This document shows, piece after piece, positions 14,426 through 28,230 of a DNA stretch of 64,000 nt; positions within the stretch are counted from its first letter, which is position 1; each line of letters starts with the position of its first letter. The DNA is from Mustelus asterias (taxonomy: Eukaryota): NCBI RefSeq assembly GCF_964213995.1, contig NC_135819.1, positions 54,932,001 to 54,996,000 of the forward strand. The letters are read 5' to 3'. Position numbers and translations under genes: made by a program. The notes beneath the pieces are model-generated. The model ran no database searches, was not told the DNA's origin, and saw only the letters and a program-made list of their open reading frames with translations.

Positions 14426-15431
14426 CCTCCAAGAGCTTCATCAGTTCCAAGAAGTAGAAGAACTTTAAACATTTATCTGTGGGAAAGTATAGGCTTAATT
14501 CTCAGGAGTAACCACTGTTTGACACCACATGAGCACATCAACCACAACACTTTTGTTTCAGTTTGCTGCTGTCCTCTTCAGAAAGCACTGATCCATATGG
14601 GCTGGCAGCTCTTTCATACGTCAATCAGCTTCATCTGAGCCTAGGCTATTACCAGTTATTCTACTGTGGATTCATCACCGAATATACTCTGATTCAATGT
14701 CTGCACATGCACTTCAGCAGATCTCACTGCCTTAAGAAGAAAGAATCCTGAGTCATTTCCCAGGCCATACCCAAGCTAATTGTTGCCTTGTAAATATTGC
14801 TTCAATTTCGACTTCGGGGTAGCTAACAAGACACAAATTCAGGATTTTTAGGCTAAATATTGAACCTACTGATTGAGCTAATATGTTACTGATTCCTTAA
14901 TGATCTTGAGAAACTGAGTCTGAGAGAACTATTATTTTAAAACATGCTTCAACATGTTATTAAGAGTCTATCTGAGAACAGATTTCTGGGTCTTGGAAGC
15001 CTCAAGGAACATTGATATCCAAAACCAGGATAGTCGCAGTCTAACCGCCCACTGCAGCAACCAGATGTTGGGTGGCTACTGTTTGTGCTATCATGGGAGC
15101 TCAGCTATGTCATGGTTAGTTCAACAACTGTGTTGATGGTTGACCACTTGCTCTATTTATTGTAAAGGGTGGACTCCGAGACCTGTGGAAAACACAATCC
15201 TAAATTGGTCCATGATTTTTGACATTGAATGTCGGTTTTTCCGGCACATTTTCCAAAGCACCAACATTTGGTGTGTATGCACATCATCCTTTTCCTGTAG
15301 CCTGACCCGCTAGTCCTCCTTTGATTCCTCTACAGTGGAAACAGTGTGCGATCTCGCCCTCTGGCTAGCTGGCACCCAGCACCCTGCCTTTGCTCTTGTT
15401 CTTATATATTTGTGCCTAGTGTCTCATTAAT

Positions 15432-16250
15432 TAACTAGAAAGAATGCAGAAAAGATTTACTAGGATGCTACCGGGACTTGATAGTTTGAGTTATAAGGAG
15501 AGGCTGGATAGACTGGGACTTTTTTCTCTGGAGCATAGGAGACTTAGGAGTGATCTTATAGGGGTCTATAAAACAATGAAGGGTTCAGATCAGTTAGATC
15601 AGTGGTTCCCAAAGGGTGTCGCGCGCCACACTGGTGCGGCGAAGGAGGATGGCAAATGTGGCGGGAAGATTCAAGGACAATCAAAGAAACATTTAAACAT
15701 GGTTTGAACAAGCATTGTTTTATACTTTCTGGATGTTCCATGATCATATTATAAAGTAGTTGTGTTCTATGTTATGAATCAAGCACTGCTCGGAGTTGTT
15801 TTTTTTTGTTTTTGAATGTATTTCTTATCAATAAAAAATTTGGTGTGGCACAAGCAAATTTTTATTCCGAAAGTGCAGCCCAGTGAAAAAAGTTTGGGAA
15901 CCACTGAGTTAGATAGTTAATATCTTTCCCCAAAGGTAGAGGAGTCTAAAACTAGAGGGCATAGGTTTAAGGTGAGAGGGGAGAGATACAAAAGGGTCCA
16001 GAGGGGCAATTTTTTCACACCGAGGGTGGTGAGTGTCTGGAATAGGTTGCCAGAGGTAGTAGTAGAGGCAGGTACAATTTTGTCTTTTAAAAAGCGTTTA
16101 GATAGTTACATGGGTAAGATGGGTATTGAGGGATATGGGCCAAACGCGGACAATTGGGATTAGCTTAGTGGTTAAAAAAAAGGGGGGCGTGGACAAGTTG
16201 GGTTGAAGGGCCTGTTTCCATGCTGTAAACCTCTATGATTCGATGACTCT
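15432..16250 (+). mobile_element. CR1/HER1 LINE 3' end
   Basis: QKRFTRMLPGLDSLSYKERLDRLGLFSLE...; CTATGA-like tail. Confidence 0.85.
15600..15906. mobile_element. hAT (Charlie-like) MITE nested in CR1
   Basis: 14-bp TIR CAGTGGTTCCCAAA / TTTGGGAACCACTG; 8-bp TSD AGTTAGAT. Confidence 0.9.
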
Positions 16251-16904
16251 AAGCGTGAATTCTGCCTCTAAACTAACCACTCAGTAACACACGGTGTCAG
16301 TATCTGAGATGGTGTACAAAGTAAGCTGCATAGAAAAAGTCTTATTTTAATTTAATACATTGAAGTAGGGCAAGAGGACACCAGTTCAAATTAGTAACAG
16401 ATAACAAGTGATCTTAAGAAATACATCAGATAGATTGATCAATGCTTGGAATGGACTACCAAATACAGTGGTGATGGTGAAAAACATTTAAGAAACAACA
16501 GCAGCAGTGAGAGAATTGTAGAGTTTACTGGGATGTACTGTCGGGACATATTTTGTGATCTTGTAAACTAGTTCAATAAATCTGTTAAGTGCAGACTGGC
16601 TATATCTGCATTGATATATTGCCGGCGTAACAGCATTGCTCACAATTTTCATACTAATTTAAAAGTCCTCTGTTTTCTCTGCACAGCTGTTTCCAGGTCA
16701 CAGCCTTCCTGCAGTCAAGAGACTGAGTTGAGTTGTTCAAGGCTCCATCAACATGAATTTTCTGTTTTCTGCCAGAGGAACATTGGCCCACCAACAACCT
16801 TTGGTTACTCTACCCCCAGTTTACTTTCCCTTCACTTGTGGAGAAGCCTATCTTCTGATTAAGAATGCAGATGAGAAAGCCATAAGGACTCCACTCACTT
16901 TATC

Positions 16905-17235
16905 ATAGAATCATTGAATCAACAATGCAGAAGGACGCCATTTGGCCCATCAAGTCCACACCAACTCTTCGACAGGACATCTTACCCAGGCTCTATCCCC
17001 ATAACCGCTAATCCCCAACAAACACATCCTGGGACATTCCGGGGCAATTTAGCATGGCCAATCCACCTTAGCTGCACATCTTTGGAGTATGGGGAGAAAC
17101 CGGAGCACCCGGAGGAAACCCACACTGCCACGGGGAGAACGTGTGCAGACTCCGCACAGACAGTCACCCAAGGCGGGAATTGAACCCGGGTCTCTGGCGC
17201 TGTGAGACAGCAGTGCTAACCACCTTGCCACCATG
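16905..17235 (-). mobile_element. HE1-type SINE
   Basis: Family consensus match. Confidence 0.85.
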
Positions 17236-17892
17236 GCAACAAATGTCAATACTCCATTTTGTTTCACCACTTGCATTGTTTACAGCATTAATTTTAGAAT
17301 AAAAATCTATAAATAAGTAAACACGAAAAAACTGCTTTGTGACAATAAATAGCTTCAATGATTTAATGGTGAAAGGTTAAGTTGTAGGCCGCATCCACAG
17401 ACAGCCTGTAAAACAGAAAGAGGCATATACAAAATATCCTGATACCAAGACAGAAGAATTCAAAAAAATACAGTCAGTAAAACACTCAGAAAAATGCAGG
17501 TAATGATATGTAATAATGCAGAGATACACCCGAGATGGGTGCCTGTCACAGCACATAAATTACAGGGTTTCAAATTTAAGCTCTTACACTTCTATAATTA
17601 GCTGATTCAATTTATAAAAAGAGTCATTCCGATAAAAATGTAATGAAAGCTCATGTTACTCACCATTGTATCCGTTTTTGCCCTGAAAAATAACACCCCA
17701 ACAAAGAGCAGCAAGCGTTCCCTGTGTCCCTGGACAAAGTGAAACTAAGAAAAGCCCCTTCCAAATGTATTGCTCTCACAGTTCTCATTGTTATATCTCT
17801 TTCACTTTCAGTAGTTTCTCCAGTCTTTCAGTTTCTTTACATCTAATCAGTTAATGGCTGGTTTGTTAGCAAGTTTTACAGCATGCCGTGTC

Positions 17893-18425
17893 ATAGAATA
17901 CCTACAGCGCAGAAGAGGCCATTCGGCCCATTCTCTCTGACAGAGTAAATTACCCAGGCTCTCTCCCCTGCCCTATCTCTGTAACCCACACATTTACTAT
18001 CTAACCTACAGGGTCAATTTACCAAGGCCAATCCACCTAACCTGCGCATCCTTGGTAAAAGCAAAATACTGTAGATGCTGGAATCTGAAACAAAAACAGA
18101 AAATGCTGGAAAGTCTCACCAGGCCTGACAGCATCTGTGGGGAGAGAATAGAGCCAACGTTTCGAGTCTAGATCACCCTTCGTGACTCGAAACGTTGGCT
18201 ATATTCTCTCCCCACAGATGCTGTCAGGCCTGCTGAGATTTTCCAGCACTTTCTGTTTTTGCTGCACATCTTTGGACTGTGGAAGGAAACCGGAGCATCC
18301 GGAGGAAGCCCAGGAAACCCACTCAGACACAGGGAGAATGTGCAGACTCCACAGACGGTTACCCAAGGCCGGAATCAAACCCAGGTCCCTGGAACTGTGA
18401 GGCAGCTGTGCCACTGTGCCGCCAT
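17893..18425 (-). mobile_element. HE1-type SINE interrupted by a fold-back Penelope-type tail (~18056-18261)
   Basis: SINE halves flank a ~78-bp inverted repeat. Confidence 0.75.
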
Positions 18426-18532
18426 CATCAAATTCCGAATGTGAAATTATTTTCTGTAAATTGCTGTTTAGTGGATCATATCTAACAAATTATGAGGTTT
18501 TTCTTTCTCTGAGAACAGCATGGACACATTAA

Positions 18533-18697
<165 letters not shown>

Positions 18698-19413
18698 TGT
18701 TAATTGTAATTGAGTTTAAGTATATACAGATGGAGGGCGTTGATTGGATAATTATATAGGTGTGTATGAAGAAAGTGTATGTAAACAGTTAGGAGGTACA
18801 TACTTGTCATGTTTCACTCTGCAAATAAATGTATTCCAAGCAAATAAACATTAAGAGCATGCGGTTTTTTTTTCCCCCTGGGACCCAACCCATTAAAATG
18901 TACGGTGCTATAAAAAGGCCTACCTGAAGACTTGTCATTCACATTAGCTTTCCACAGCATTGTTATGATGAACTCAGTGTCTCATAATCACCATTGAAAG
19001 GTTCCAACAATTACACTCATTTTCCATTTTCTGTATGGTTTTGTTTTCTATTTCAGTGGCAATAAATTGGAATTCTGCTGAATGGGATTGTTCCATAGGA
19101 TTTAATGCAACTTCCAATGTTGGTGGGGGATGTGGGAGGAGATCTCCCTGTTCAGCAGGAGATCGGGGCGCCCTACGTGATTGCGCTGAAGCATTCGGAA
19201 GCCAGCTTCCCCTGCGTACTTGGTCTGCGCCCCATTATCATGAAATTCACCTTTTTGTTTGCAGTATAATTTGGATTTTTACTCATATTTAAATTATGTT
19301 GGTTTGGATTTGTGTTAAAGTAGAAATTTTTTTTAAATGAAACATTTTTGGTCCTTCCTTCATTGGCCCGATGGGGAAATCCTAATACAATACAGATTCA
19401 ATGTATTGAATGA

Positions 19414-19745
19414 GGGCGGCACGGTAGCACAGTGGTTAGCACTGCTGCTTCACAGCTCCAGGGACCTGGGTTCGATTCCCGGCTTGGGTCACTGTCTGTG
19501 TGGAGTTTGCACATTCTCCTCGTGTCTGCGTGGGTTTCCTTCGGGTGCTCCGGTTTCCTCCCACAGTCCTAAGATGTGCGGGTTAGGTTGATTGGCCATG
19601 CTAAAAATTGCCCTTAGTGTCCTGAGATGCGCAGGTTAGAGGGATTAGTGGGTGGATATGGGGATAGGGCCTGGGTGGGATAGTGGTCGGTGAAGACTTG
19701 ATGGGCCGAATGGCCTCTTTCTGTACCGTAGAGTTTCTATGATTT
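19414..19745 (+). mobile_element. HE1-type SINE, full length
   Basis: GGGCGGCACGGTAGCACAGTGG A box, GGTTCGATTCC B box, CTATGA tail. Confidence 0.88.
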
Positions 19746-20329
19746 CAATAGGACTGTTGCCAAGCAAGTATTTGATTCTTTTTAGTATAAAAACAATGTG
19801 CAACGGCAAACAGGAGCAGCTAAAATTGATTGAGCTGAATATCCCAATGGAAGTGATGACCTGATGTATTTGTACATGGTTTCAATTGAAATATTGCATA
19901 TCTGGCTATTTGCTAAATGGAAACTGCAGCAATGGCTCTGTGAAGAGTGATATGAGTAGGTTTATCTTTGAATTGCAACTCATAAAAATCACACCACTGA
20001 CATCAGGGAGAAATATTGCGTGAGCAAAAATTCTAATCATAGTACATCCCAACCTTAGATTGCACAGCTTGGAAGGAATTGAACACAAAAGTTTCCTGCA
20101 CCACCTATTGTTATGGCTCTCTGAGTGAATCTGTCAATATGTTGACAGTTTTGTACTGTGGGCGCATGTCAAATAGTAACTAGGTTTGTACTCAAACATA
20201 TTTTATAATGCAACTTTCCCATCAGTCTGATCTGAACTCAAGCTATAGGCCTGTGCAAACTCACTGCATTACCTAGAACTCCATTTTTTGTCTTCTACCC
20301 ATGCAACTATTACAGATTGTATTATATCA

Positions 20330-20642
20330 TAAAATCCCTACATTTCAGGAGGAGGCCATTTGGCCCCTTGAGCCTGCACCAACAACAATCCATCCTGGCC
20401 CTATCCCCATAACCTCATATATTTACCCTGCCAATCCCCCTGACACACACTAAGGGCAATTTGTTATGGCCAATCAACCTAACTTGCACATCTTTGGACT
20501 GTGGGAGGAAATGGAGCACCCGAAGGAAACCCACGCAGACACAGGGAGAATGTGCAAACTCCACACAGACAGTGACCCAAGGCTGGAATTGAACCGGGGT
20601 CCCTGACGCTGTGAGGCAGCAGTGCTAACCACTGTACCGCCC
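20330..20642 (-). mobile_element. HE1-type SINE
   Basis: Family consensus match. Confidence 0.85.
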
Positions 20643-21889
20643 ATTACAGATCTGAACTAGTTCAGTTTATCAAGGTAGTGTAAATATTTTATACCATTTG
20701 CTGTAAATAACTTCATTATGCTAAATGTATGCAATCCCAAAGTTTGCAGACTTTAGGTCTACATTAGTCTAGTTTTTTCCATGTAAATGGTAAGCGAATT
20801 GATTAAATATGCAAATATTTATCCCATAAACTTTAGATATTATGTTACTTTTTATAATGGCCTTCAGAGCAAGGTAAACAAGTCACACCAAATATGCGGC
20901 TGAATTTCATGAACATACTGCAGAGAGCCAGTGACAACCCTGCTTTGGCCACTTTCTGGAGCCCTGACATGATTAAATCCTATTCAGACATTTACCTGCC
21001 TGCTGTTGGGGTTCCCAACCTTTGGAAGTAAAGATTCAGCCTCCAATCAGAAAGGCAGCAGCTCTTTAGACCCAGCAGCAGCAGCACCCCTCCCCCCCCC
21101 CCCATCCCCCACCCCCGCAACAGCGGGAAAGAGGCCTTTAAGTGGACTGTGAAGAGCTTCAACTGGTCGAAGGATGCGAACGGACATCTTAACTTTTCCC
21201 ACTCTAATTTTATCTGGGGTGGAGAGGGTGAGTCAGGAAGGCTGTCCACCCCACACCTTCCCCACATTTAACCCCACAGTCAATTCCACCCATGAACTGC
21301 ACATTTAGGTTTTAATATTTGGATAGAACAAAAGCAAAAACACCTTACACATTATCCTATTGACATTTCAAAATCACAAATAATTTATTCCTTCAATTAG
21401 TTTCTGCACTTCTGTCATTTGCAACCAATCCATAGTTCCACCTATTATCAGGTCAGTGTTAACCCCACACTATTTTGAACCCTGGAGGTAGACCTCTGTT
21501 ACAACTGTGAATATGTCACTTGCGTGTGAAAATCTAACATGTTGCACTGACAGTAATATATTAATTAACAAATCAAACACTTTGAAAATGAATTGTATAC
21601 AATGGCTTGCAAATTTCCAAAGGTTTAGGATTTCTCAGTTGAACCGAAGAGAACATAAGGATTAGGAACAGGATAGACAATTCAGCCCTTCAAGCCTGCT
21701 CCACCATTCAATATGATCGTGGCTGACCTCATCTTGGCCTCAACTCCACTTTCCTGCCCTTTCTCCATAACCCTTCAACCCACTACTAATTAAAAATCTG
21801 TCTATCTCCTCCTTAAATTTACTCAATGTCCCAGCATCCACCACAGTCCGGGGTAGTGAATTCCACAGATTCACCACCCTTTGAGAGAC

Positions 21890-22039
21890 AGTATGAAGTC
21901 TCACAACACCGGATTACTCACCTGATGAACGAACAGCGCTCTGAAAGCTTGTGATACCAAATAACTTGGACTTTAACCTGGTGTTGTGAGACTTCTTACT
22001 GTGCCCACCCCAGTCCAACGCCGGCATCTCCGCATCATG
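21890..22039 (+). mobile_element. Mini Penelope pseudo-LTR inserted in a CR1 tail (~21650-22080)
   Basis: TSD ACCCTTTGAGAGA; CTGATGA...GAAA core; inverted AAGTCTCACAACACC end. Confidence 0.72.
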
Positions 22040-22664
22040 ACCCTTTGAGAGAAGTAGTTTCTCCTCATCTTTGTTTTAAAGGATAAGATAGTAAATGGTT
22101 CAAGTTAAATCCAAACTATTACATTAAATTAAATAGTGGGAATAATGAGATTGAAAGCCCTGAAATTATTTAAGAATTAATCAGATGCTGCAATGAGAGG
22201 CTTCTGAATAAATGAACTACTGCGGATCAAAGTTCTTCTTTGCTTGTAATGAGATGTTCAAAGAAGTAATGCCACGTATCGGGCTGGAATCTAATTTTTC
22301 TTCATGGTGTCATGGTTACAAGAATGATGAGCAATTAATTTTTTATTAGATCTAAAATGGACTTGCATCAAAATCCAGTTCTTAATTCTTTTTATTGGCC
22401 ATTTTCCTTGATAATTAATATCTTGATTAAACGCTACTCAATATAAAATAGGCTCGCAAGTGTCTAGAGAACTCATTAATATTTACAATGGCTAAAATGG
22501 AAACCTTTTACTGAGTTTCAGAGCTTCGAGACAAAAATCAATGTTTCCAAGATTTAAATTGAGAGACCAATGGTCATTAGTTTATCACGCCTGTGGAGTT
22601 GACTCACATATCACTGAAGCTGACCTATCATATGTGAGATTTTTCCTATGGGATCTTCTGATGT

Positions 22665-23050
22665 TTTTTTCATTCATTTGTGGGATATGGGCATCACTGG
22701 CTGGCTGGCATTTATTGCCCATCCCTAGTTTGCCCTTCTTCAGAGGGCAGTTGAGAGTCAACAATATTGCTGTGGCTCTGGAGTCACATGTAGGTGAGAC
22801 CAAGTAAAGACGGCAGATTTCCTTCCCTAAAGGACATCAGTGAACCAGCTGGATTTTTCTGACAATCGACAATGGTTCCATGGTCATTGTTAGATTCTTA
22901 ATTCCAGATTTTTTTAAATGGAATTCAAATTCCACCATCTCTCCATACCACCACCACCACCCCGCACCCCCCACCCCCCACCCCCCCCCCCCCCCCCCCC
23001 CCCCCCCCACATCCCCAGAATATTACCTGAGTTTTTGGATTAAGAGTCCA
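22665..23050 (-). mobile_element. SINE family B with poly-C tract
   Basis: Homologous to 329-615. Confidence 0.7.
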
Positions 23051-23596
23051 ATGATAACATTGAACACCTGACTGCTGGATGTAAGTAGTTATAGCATTTG
23101 ATAGTGTGTTACTTGTCCCATCTTGAGAATTCTGGGTGATGCTAAAGTGTCAGTATAAAGTAATAATAGAAACAGTGATGCACACTTTGACATTTTCTCA
23201 ATGGCGCACCGAATATCTGATTGTACTATTTAAACATTAGCTGTCAACAGCTAATAGAAAGGGTGTCATAATATTTGCTGAATCTCAGCCTATCTTATCA
23301 CATTCAGAAAATAAACCACTTTCAAAATCAATACTTATCATTTTTAGCTAGAATTATATGTCACTGTGGCTTTTATTTACATTGCTGTAGAATACAGTTT
23401 TACCAGAAAGCTGAAAGATAAAAAGGATAGCATACAAGGCAATTCAGGATTTGTGCAATCTAATATAGTTAATACAGGATCATTTTAATATTGTATAGAT
23501 TTTGAAAACAAGCTACTTTTGTTTGAATTGGCAATATTTTGTTTCTTTATATGAACAAGACTCCTGATTTTTAGGTGTTCATCTTTTCCTGAATTC

Positions 23597-24290
23597 ATAG
23601 AATCATAGAATCCTACAGTGCAGAAGGAAGCCATTCGGCCCATCGAGCCTGCACCAACCACAATCCCTCCCAGGCCCTATCCCCACAACCCCATGAATTT
23701 ATCCTGCTAGTCCCCCTGACACTAAAGGGCAATTTAGCATGGCCAATCCACCTAACCAGCACATCTTTGCGTTTTATCTGAAAATATTCAGGTAAAATAG
23801 TCAAATTAGTTTCATGCAATGAATTGTTACTGCAGGAGTAGGCCCCTCGAGCCTGCTCTGTCATTCAATAAGATCCTGGCTGTTCTGAATGTAAACTCAA
23901 CCCCACATTCCTACCTATCCTGACAACCTTTCACCATCTTGTGAATCAAAAATCCATCTAGCTATGCCTTAAAAGCTTCTGCATCCACTGCCTTTTGAGG
24001 AAGAGAGTTCTAGAGACTCATGACCCTCTGAGAGGAAACATTTCCCTTCATCTCCATCTTAAATGAGCAGCCCCTTATTTTTAAACAGTGGCCCCAGTTC
24101 TAAACCCTTCAACAAGAGGAAACATACTCTCCACATCCATCCTGTCAATACCTCTCAAGATCTTAAAGGTTTTGATCAAGTCACCTCTTATTCTTCTAAA
24201 CTCTAGTGGATACAACCCTAACCTCACTGACCTTTCCTCATAAGACAACCCATCCATTCCAAGTATTAGTCCAGTAAATCATCTCTGAAC
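23597..24290 (-). mobile_element. Partial HE1 SINE followed by CR1 3' fragment
   Basis: Homology to other copies in the window. Confidence 0.65.
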
Positions 24291-25831
24291 ACAGTTTAAG
24301 TATGAATCTAACAAAATGAAGCAGGTTAACTTTTGACAGTTGCGCAATAATTTAAAAATGAAATGAATTAACTCTAATTACTAACTTATCACTATTTCAG
24401 TTCCAAGTTAGCAACATTCCTTTAGACTTAAATGCCACTTTAAATACAGTTAGCAATCCCAGGCATACTTGCTACAAATTATATTAACAGCCTTGAAGCT
24501 TTCAGAGAGATTTTGATTTTCAGAGCAGCTTGCAGACTTCTGTCTTTGAGCAACCCTAGCAAGAAACTGAAAACTGTTTCTCTGCCACAAACTTGGCTCC
24601 TGCAATTTACCATATTGGGCCTTCTTGTGTGCAAAGCCAATTTCGCTGGCGAAACAGGGCCAGTACGATCAGGGGAAGTGAGAAAACGGGCAAGTTTCTG
24701 ATTTTTCACCTCTTACCTGATCGTACCACTTCGCCCAATAACAAGTGGGACGAGGTCGTAAGATCATGACCATATAAGCAAATCTAGCTGAGACATAAAG
24801 TAACCACTTGCTGGAATTCTTATTTGTATTAGACTGGACCAATATGTCCAGAAAGAATGGAATGTCGCACCATCGAAGGAATATTTGCAATGCAAAAACT
24901 GAACTGTAATCTCCTGTAGAGATGATGGAGGCTGATTAGGTTAGCGGGTTTCTGCAATGGGTATTCATGTGACCAATTCTTGAACCACAGACCTTTGTGT
25001 ACATGGACCAGGGCATCCCATGAGGGAGAGACATCTGGAGTGTAGGGTTTGTTTCCTTTCCTTCCTTTCACTGCTGCTGCTCTGCCTCACCATTAAGACA
25101 TTGGGACTCAAAACACGATCCAGCTTGATGGACTAAGTGCCACCATTCTGAATGATTGCTAGCAAGCTTCTCCCAATCATTTATGTCAGGGCTACCCACA
25201 AGTTCCCACAATGGGGTCCAGAAAGCAATGTGGAAGAGACAAACAATTAAAGATCACCTCCGGAAGTCCTAAGAAATTAAAGATAGCTGGCAGGAGAGCT
25301 GTAGAATGTATTTTAAGCATTTTTCTTTGTCTTCCCCTGGAATGCTGGTCATTGGAGAGATGAGAAAACAGGGCTTTGAAGACAAACAGTGTGTCTAATC
25401 CATCAGAGTTGATTTTGCAGGAGGTTTACTTTAATGCTTGTGGAGCTGACTTTGAGGAGGATACTCAGCATTTGTTTGATGGTTCTGCCATTGAGTCCAG
25501 AGCATGTGGCAGAGACATTGATAATGGAATTTCACTGGTGCTCTAATGTGCCACTGAGACATGGTCTAAGTCTCACTGCAGGAGAGGGATTGAGGTGAGA
25601 ATAACTGCTCTGTAAACTGGGACATTCGCTGACCGGCAGAATGTTGTCAAACAGACGCTACCATAGTTGGAAGAAGTGCTGTACTTGTGCAGCTGAGTCG
25701 ATGTACAATCGTTTGGTTTGAAATGATTTTGTTTTGGCAGTATTCAAGGACAGACCATGTTTCTTGTATGCAGACTTGAAGAGATCGAGAATGGCTTGCA
25801 AGTCTGGTGCAGATTGGACAATAACACTGCA

Positions 25832-27285
25832 GTTTCTTTTGGAAGAAAATGGACTAGTTAATGACAGGCAGCATAGTTTTGTACAGGGAAGGTCATGTCT
25901 CACCAACTTGCTTGAGTTTTTTGAAGAGGTGACAAAAATAATTGATGAGGGAAGGGCTGTGGATGTAGTTTGTATGGATTTTAGTAAGGCATCCACCAGG
26001 ACCCACCTGACAGACTGGTATAAAAACTAAAATCACATGAGATTTGGGGTGGACTGGCTAGATGGATACAGAACTGGCTTGGTTATAGAATAAGTCAGTG
26101 GCTTTTGCTACCAAATAAACCTGTTGGACTTTAACCTGGTGTTGTTAGACTTCTTACTGTGTTTACCCCAGTCCAATGCCGGCATCTCCACATCTTGGTT
26201 ATAGAAGACAGAGAGTAGCGGTGGAAGGGTGTTTTTCAGAATGGAGATCTGTACCTAGAGGTGTTCCACAGGAATCAGTGCTGGGACCTCTGTTGTTTGT
26301 AGTATATATAAGTGATCTGGAGGAAAATGTGGGAGGTCTGATTAGTAAGTTTGCAGATGACATAAAGATTGGCAGAGTGGCTGATAGTGCCCAGGATTGT
26401 CAGAGGATACAACAGAATATAGACAAATTGGAGACTTGGGCGCAGAAATGACAGATGGAGTTTAATCCAGACAAATGTGAGGTGATGCATTTTGGAGGAT
26501 CAAATTTAGGTTTGAATGATACTGTTAATGGCAGAACTCTTAGGAACATTAACATACAGAGGGATCTGAGAGTGCAGATCCACAGTTCCCTAAAATTGAC
26601 AACACAGGTGGCCAAGGTGATTAAGGAGGCATGTGGCATGCTTGCCTTCATCAGCCGGGGCATTGAGTACAGGAGTTGGGAAATCATGTTGCAGCTATAT
26701 AAAACCTGGGTTAGGCCGCATTTGGAGTATTGCATGCAGTCCTGGTTACCACACTACCAGAAGAATGTGGAAGCTTTGGAGAGAGTTCAAAAAAGGTTCA
26801 CAAGAATGTTGCCTGGTCTCGAGGGTGTTGGCTATGAGGAGAGGCCGAATAAACTAGGATTGTTTTCACAGGAAAGACAGAGACAGACGGGAGACTTAAT
26901 AGAGGTCTACAAAATTATGAGAGGCATAGACAGGGTGGATAGTCAGAGGCTTTTTCCCATGGATGGAAGTGTCAATTACAAGGGGGCACATAGGTTCAAG
27001 GTGAGAGGGGGAAAGTTTAAGGGAGATGTGCAGGGGATGTTTTTCACGCAGAGAGTGGTGCGTGCTTGGAATGCGCTGCTAAATGAGGTGGTGGAAGCAG
27101 ATACATTAGCAACATTTAAGGGGCATCTGGATGGGTACATAAATAGGGAGGGAATAGAGGGATACAGACCGAGTAAGGGCATAAGTTTCTTTTAGTTTAG
27201 TTAGGGCATCATGATCGGCACAGGCTTGGAGGGCCGAAGGGCCTGTTCCTGTGCTGTACTTCTCTTCTTTGTTCGTTGTTCTATC
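25832..27285 (+). mobile_element. CR1/HER1 LINE ORF2 3' half
   Basis: RQHSFVQGRSCLTNLLEFFEEV, GVPQESVLGPLLF, KFADDIK, MEFNPDKCEVMHFG; carries a Penelope tail at 26091-26193 with TSD CTTGGTTATAGAA. Confidence 0.92.
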
Positions 27286-27449
27286 TTTAAACTGTAGATC
27301 GTGTATGTGGTGGTCAGTTTAGTTTTGATATGGAGGCAATGGAGGTTAGAGTTTTCCAACGAGACTGACAAAAGAGGCCTGTTGATCTTTGAGATGAATG
27401 GACACTGTCAGGTAGTTTGTAAATAGTATGAGGCCTTGCTTGAAACAAA

Positions 27450-28230
27450 GAAACATAGATAATAGAACCAGGAGGTGGTCATTCAGCCCTTCGGCCTGCC
27501 CTGCCATTCATTATGATCATGGCTGATCACCAAATTCAATATCCTGATCCCACCTCCCCCCACATCCCTCGATTCCTTTAGCGCCAAGAGCTGTGTTTAA
27601 TTTCTTCTTGAAATCACGCAATGTTTTGCTTTCAACTACTTTCTGTGGTAGTGAATTCCACAGATTCACCACTCTCTGGGTGAAGAAATTTCTCCTCACC
27701 TGAGTCCTAATCTTCAAACTATGACCCCTAGTTCTGGACTACCCCACCATCGGAATATTCTTTCTAAATCTATCCTGTCTAACCCTGTTGAATTTTATAA
27801 TATTCCATGAGATTCCTTCTCACTCTTCTAAACTCCAATTAATGCAATCCTACCCAATTTTTCCTCTCATATGACAGACCTGCCATCCCAGGAATCAGCC
27901 TGGTAAATCTTTGCTGCATTCCCTCTATAGCAAGGACATCCTTCCTCAGAGAAGGACAACAAAACTGCCCACAATACTCCAGGTATGGCCTTACCATTGC
28001 CCTGTACAACTGAGGTAAAACATCCCTATTCCTGTACTCAAATCCTCTGGCTACAAAGGCCAACATACCATTTGCCTTCTTTACTGTCTGCTGTCCTGCG
28101 TGCTTGCTTTCAGCGACTGATGCACAAGGATACCAAGATCTCACTGAGTATCCACCTCTCTCAATTTACACCCATTCAAATAATAATCTGCCTTCCTATT
28201 TTAGCTACTGAAGTGGATAACCTCACAGCT
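27450..28230 (-). mobile_element. CR1 LINE 3' fragment
   Basis: KKANGMLAFVARGFEYRNRDV...QQRFTRLIPGM. Confidence 0.85.
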
